Source: Octopus sinensis
Taxonomy: Eukaryota
Assembly: GCF_006345805.1 (NCBI RefSeq)
Contig: NW_021827281.1
Coordinates: 1 to 10,553, forward strand
Direction: 5' to 3'
Length of the DNA stretch: 10,553 bases
Position numbers and translations under genes: made by a program. Below are positions 8,990-10,553 of this stretch, piece after piece (the stretch's first letter is position 1; every line of letters starts with the position of its first letter). The notes beneath the pieces are model-generated. The model saw only the letters and a program-made list of their open reading frames with translations. It had not been told where the DNA came from and searched no databases.

Positions 8990-10080
8990 TTTTTGAGAAA
9001 TCGCAGTCGCGTGTTTCTTCCAAACAAGTTTATAAGGCCGACACATACGGGTTACATATTTCATTATCCTAACAAGATCAGCTCTGAAGATGTTTATTTT
9101 CACATCTATTGACATAGCAAAGCTCCAAAGAACTGAATGCTTAGTAACCAAAGATTTTACAAAATGTAAATGGAAGCGCTGTTTTTTGTCGTTTATACTT
9201 TCTAGTCATGGTTCTGTTCCTAGAACAGGCACTCCTTTGTTGGAAGTGTTTGGACGTGTTTTTAGCGGCCACATTGATCCTAGGATTCATGTTGTTTGCT
9301 GTATGCTTAATAGTTTTTCTCAATACTTTTTCTGGTTGGGTCATGAACATTGGCAGGAAATATCCGCCACTTACGACACCATACTATGAAAAGGTTCGCT
9401 TTCATCAAAAGCGACCTCGATGGCTACACACTTCTCCTGAGTCTATAGTTTGTTTTAAAGTTAAATATTTCGTGCTTCATCGTCGTTTTTATTCTGGCTA
9501 CAATAGCACGTGGCATAACATTTCTCATTTACTTTTCGTCACTAAGTTTAGTTCATCTTTTCCAATATTCAATAAAGATAATTTTATGACAGGAGAAATA
9601 CTGCGTGTTCTGTTTTAGTGGGCAAACATTTTTTCTTGCTAAGCATTCTTGCTTAAGATGTCATTAAAACATTGGAACTGTATGAAAAGTCCCAGCTTAT
9701 TGATATCGATATCACTCCACCACTTTCGAAAATGCTCCACCCTCACTCCTCTCCAGCACAATCGATATCGATCGATGAATACAGATACACTATATACATA
9801 TCTCAATGCGGAACGTGTCAGATCGTAGGAATATTTGCAGCCATTGATTCCGTTGAGGTCTTTAGTGATGTTGTTAGCGTCTAAAGAAATCTCTGTCAAT
9901 GTGAGTATGATCATTAAGAGGGAATATAACGTGATGCAGGGGCTAGAAATGTTGGGACTGAAAAAAAGGTAACGGTTTTGAAGTGAAGAAACACGATCAG
10001 GGGTAGATTTGCTATCGTTCCTAAATCAATACATTGCCTGTTTGTAATGTTTCGTGTCTTACAATTTGTTCTCAGCTACT
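8990..10080 (-). pseudogene. Putative heavily decayed, intronless class A (rhodopsin-like) GPCR
   Basis: Landmarks occur in the expected order on the minus strand: LGTIANLPLIVFL (N at 10009), TFLAPASRY (9952-9926), TEI...GCKY (C at 9839), VFIDRYRLC (D at 9773), ISISISWDFS (W at 9694), KKC (9628), VLL*/ARIK (about 9500), a long basic polar loop, KRQKTA...IFGY*AF (9146-9135) and NEICNPYV (9065-9042). The reading needs several frameshifts and stops, and C-to-R spacing in TM3 is 23 rather than the usual 25. Confidence 0.4.
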
Positions 10081-10391
10081 CTTCTCCGCTTGAAGAAATT
10101 AGGCCGTATTCCCACGTAGGCTTTAAGGATCGTCTCTGTGATTTCATGTAGCTGAAGTGTTACTCGTTTCATCCAATTAATATGCCAATACATACACGAA
10201 TGTAGATATGCAATCATTATACAGACATTTCGATATGTTTATCTATGGGAAAACATACTATCACTTTATTATTTTTATGTCAAGTTTCATATGTAGTTTA
10301 TGAAACTATTAATTCATAAATCTCAGTTCTATCGTATCATTCCATAGTTGCATCAAAACGTTCATGGCCGCTGCATTTAATTGAAAAGAAT

Positions 10392-10526
10392 CTGCGGAGG
10401 TCGACTTTGCCTTTCATCCTTTCGGGGTCGATAAATTAAGTACCAGTTGCGTATTGGTGGCGCTCCAATCGACTGGCTTCCTCCCCACAAAAAATTCTGG
10501 GCCTTGAGCCTAGACTAGAAAAGAAC
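10392..10526 (+). mobile_element. 5'-truncated SINE family B copy with a 15-bp TSD
   Basis: gaggtcgactttgcctttcatcctttcggggtcgataaattaagtaccag...ggccttgagcctagactagaaaagaa is the reverse complement of the B copies upstream. TTAATTGAAAAGAAT occurs at 10377-10391 and 10527-10541. Confidence 0.9.
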
Positions 10527-10553
10527 TTAATTGAAAAGAATTATCGTAAAATA

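Noticed and set aside
1320-9348. Exact 14-mer GTTGGGTCATGAAC at 1320-1333 and 9335-9348
   Set aside because: It does not extend on either side and is compatible with chance.
9036-9618. Plus-strand ORFs 9090-9389 and 9208-9618 (hydrophobic stretch) and 9672-9884
   Set aside because: No recognisable family. The T-rich plus strand yields hydrophobic residues and few stops, so they are more simply read as antisense shadows. They are not fully excluded without a database search.
9069-9822. The peptide LTRSAL appears in both a plus frame (9069) and a minus frame (about 9820), with IDIxKL nearby and a 10-bp inverted match (9135-9144 / 9639-9648)
   Set aside because: The flanks do not align collinearly, and a six-residue match of common amino acids across six frames is plausible by chance.
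1-10553. CRISPR array or prokaryotic system
   Set aside because: There are no regularly spaced direct repeats with unique spacers, no operon-like gene density, and the sequence is clearly animal repeat-rich DNA.

Overview
AT-rich animal non-coding DNA, most likely octopus; this is inferred from the extreme CA/TA/ATCT/AAT microsatellite load (roughly 30% of the window) and the style of the tRNA-derived SINEs. I see no intact protein-coding gene. The window holds several tRNA-derived SINE families (working labels A-D), a 3' fragment of an R4/Dong-type restriction-like-endonuclease LINE sitting inside (AAT)n, a 3' fragment of a CR1/L2-type LINE, and a 294-bp retro-insertion with a 9-bp target-site duplication (TSD). 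Positions 1593-4115 are an almost continuous nest of retroelements. Two decayed hammerhead-ribozyme-like cores lie on the minus strand (373-402, 5845-5893). The largest non-repetitive block (about 8990-10080) can be read on the minus strand as a heavily frameshifted, single-exon class A GPCR relic; that call is tentative. Nearly all ORFs in the supplied track are microsatellite or repeat artefacts.
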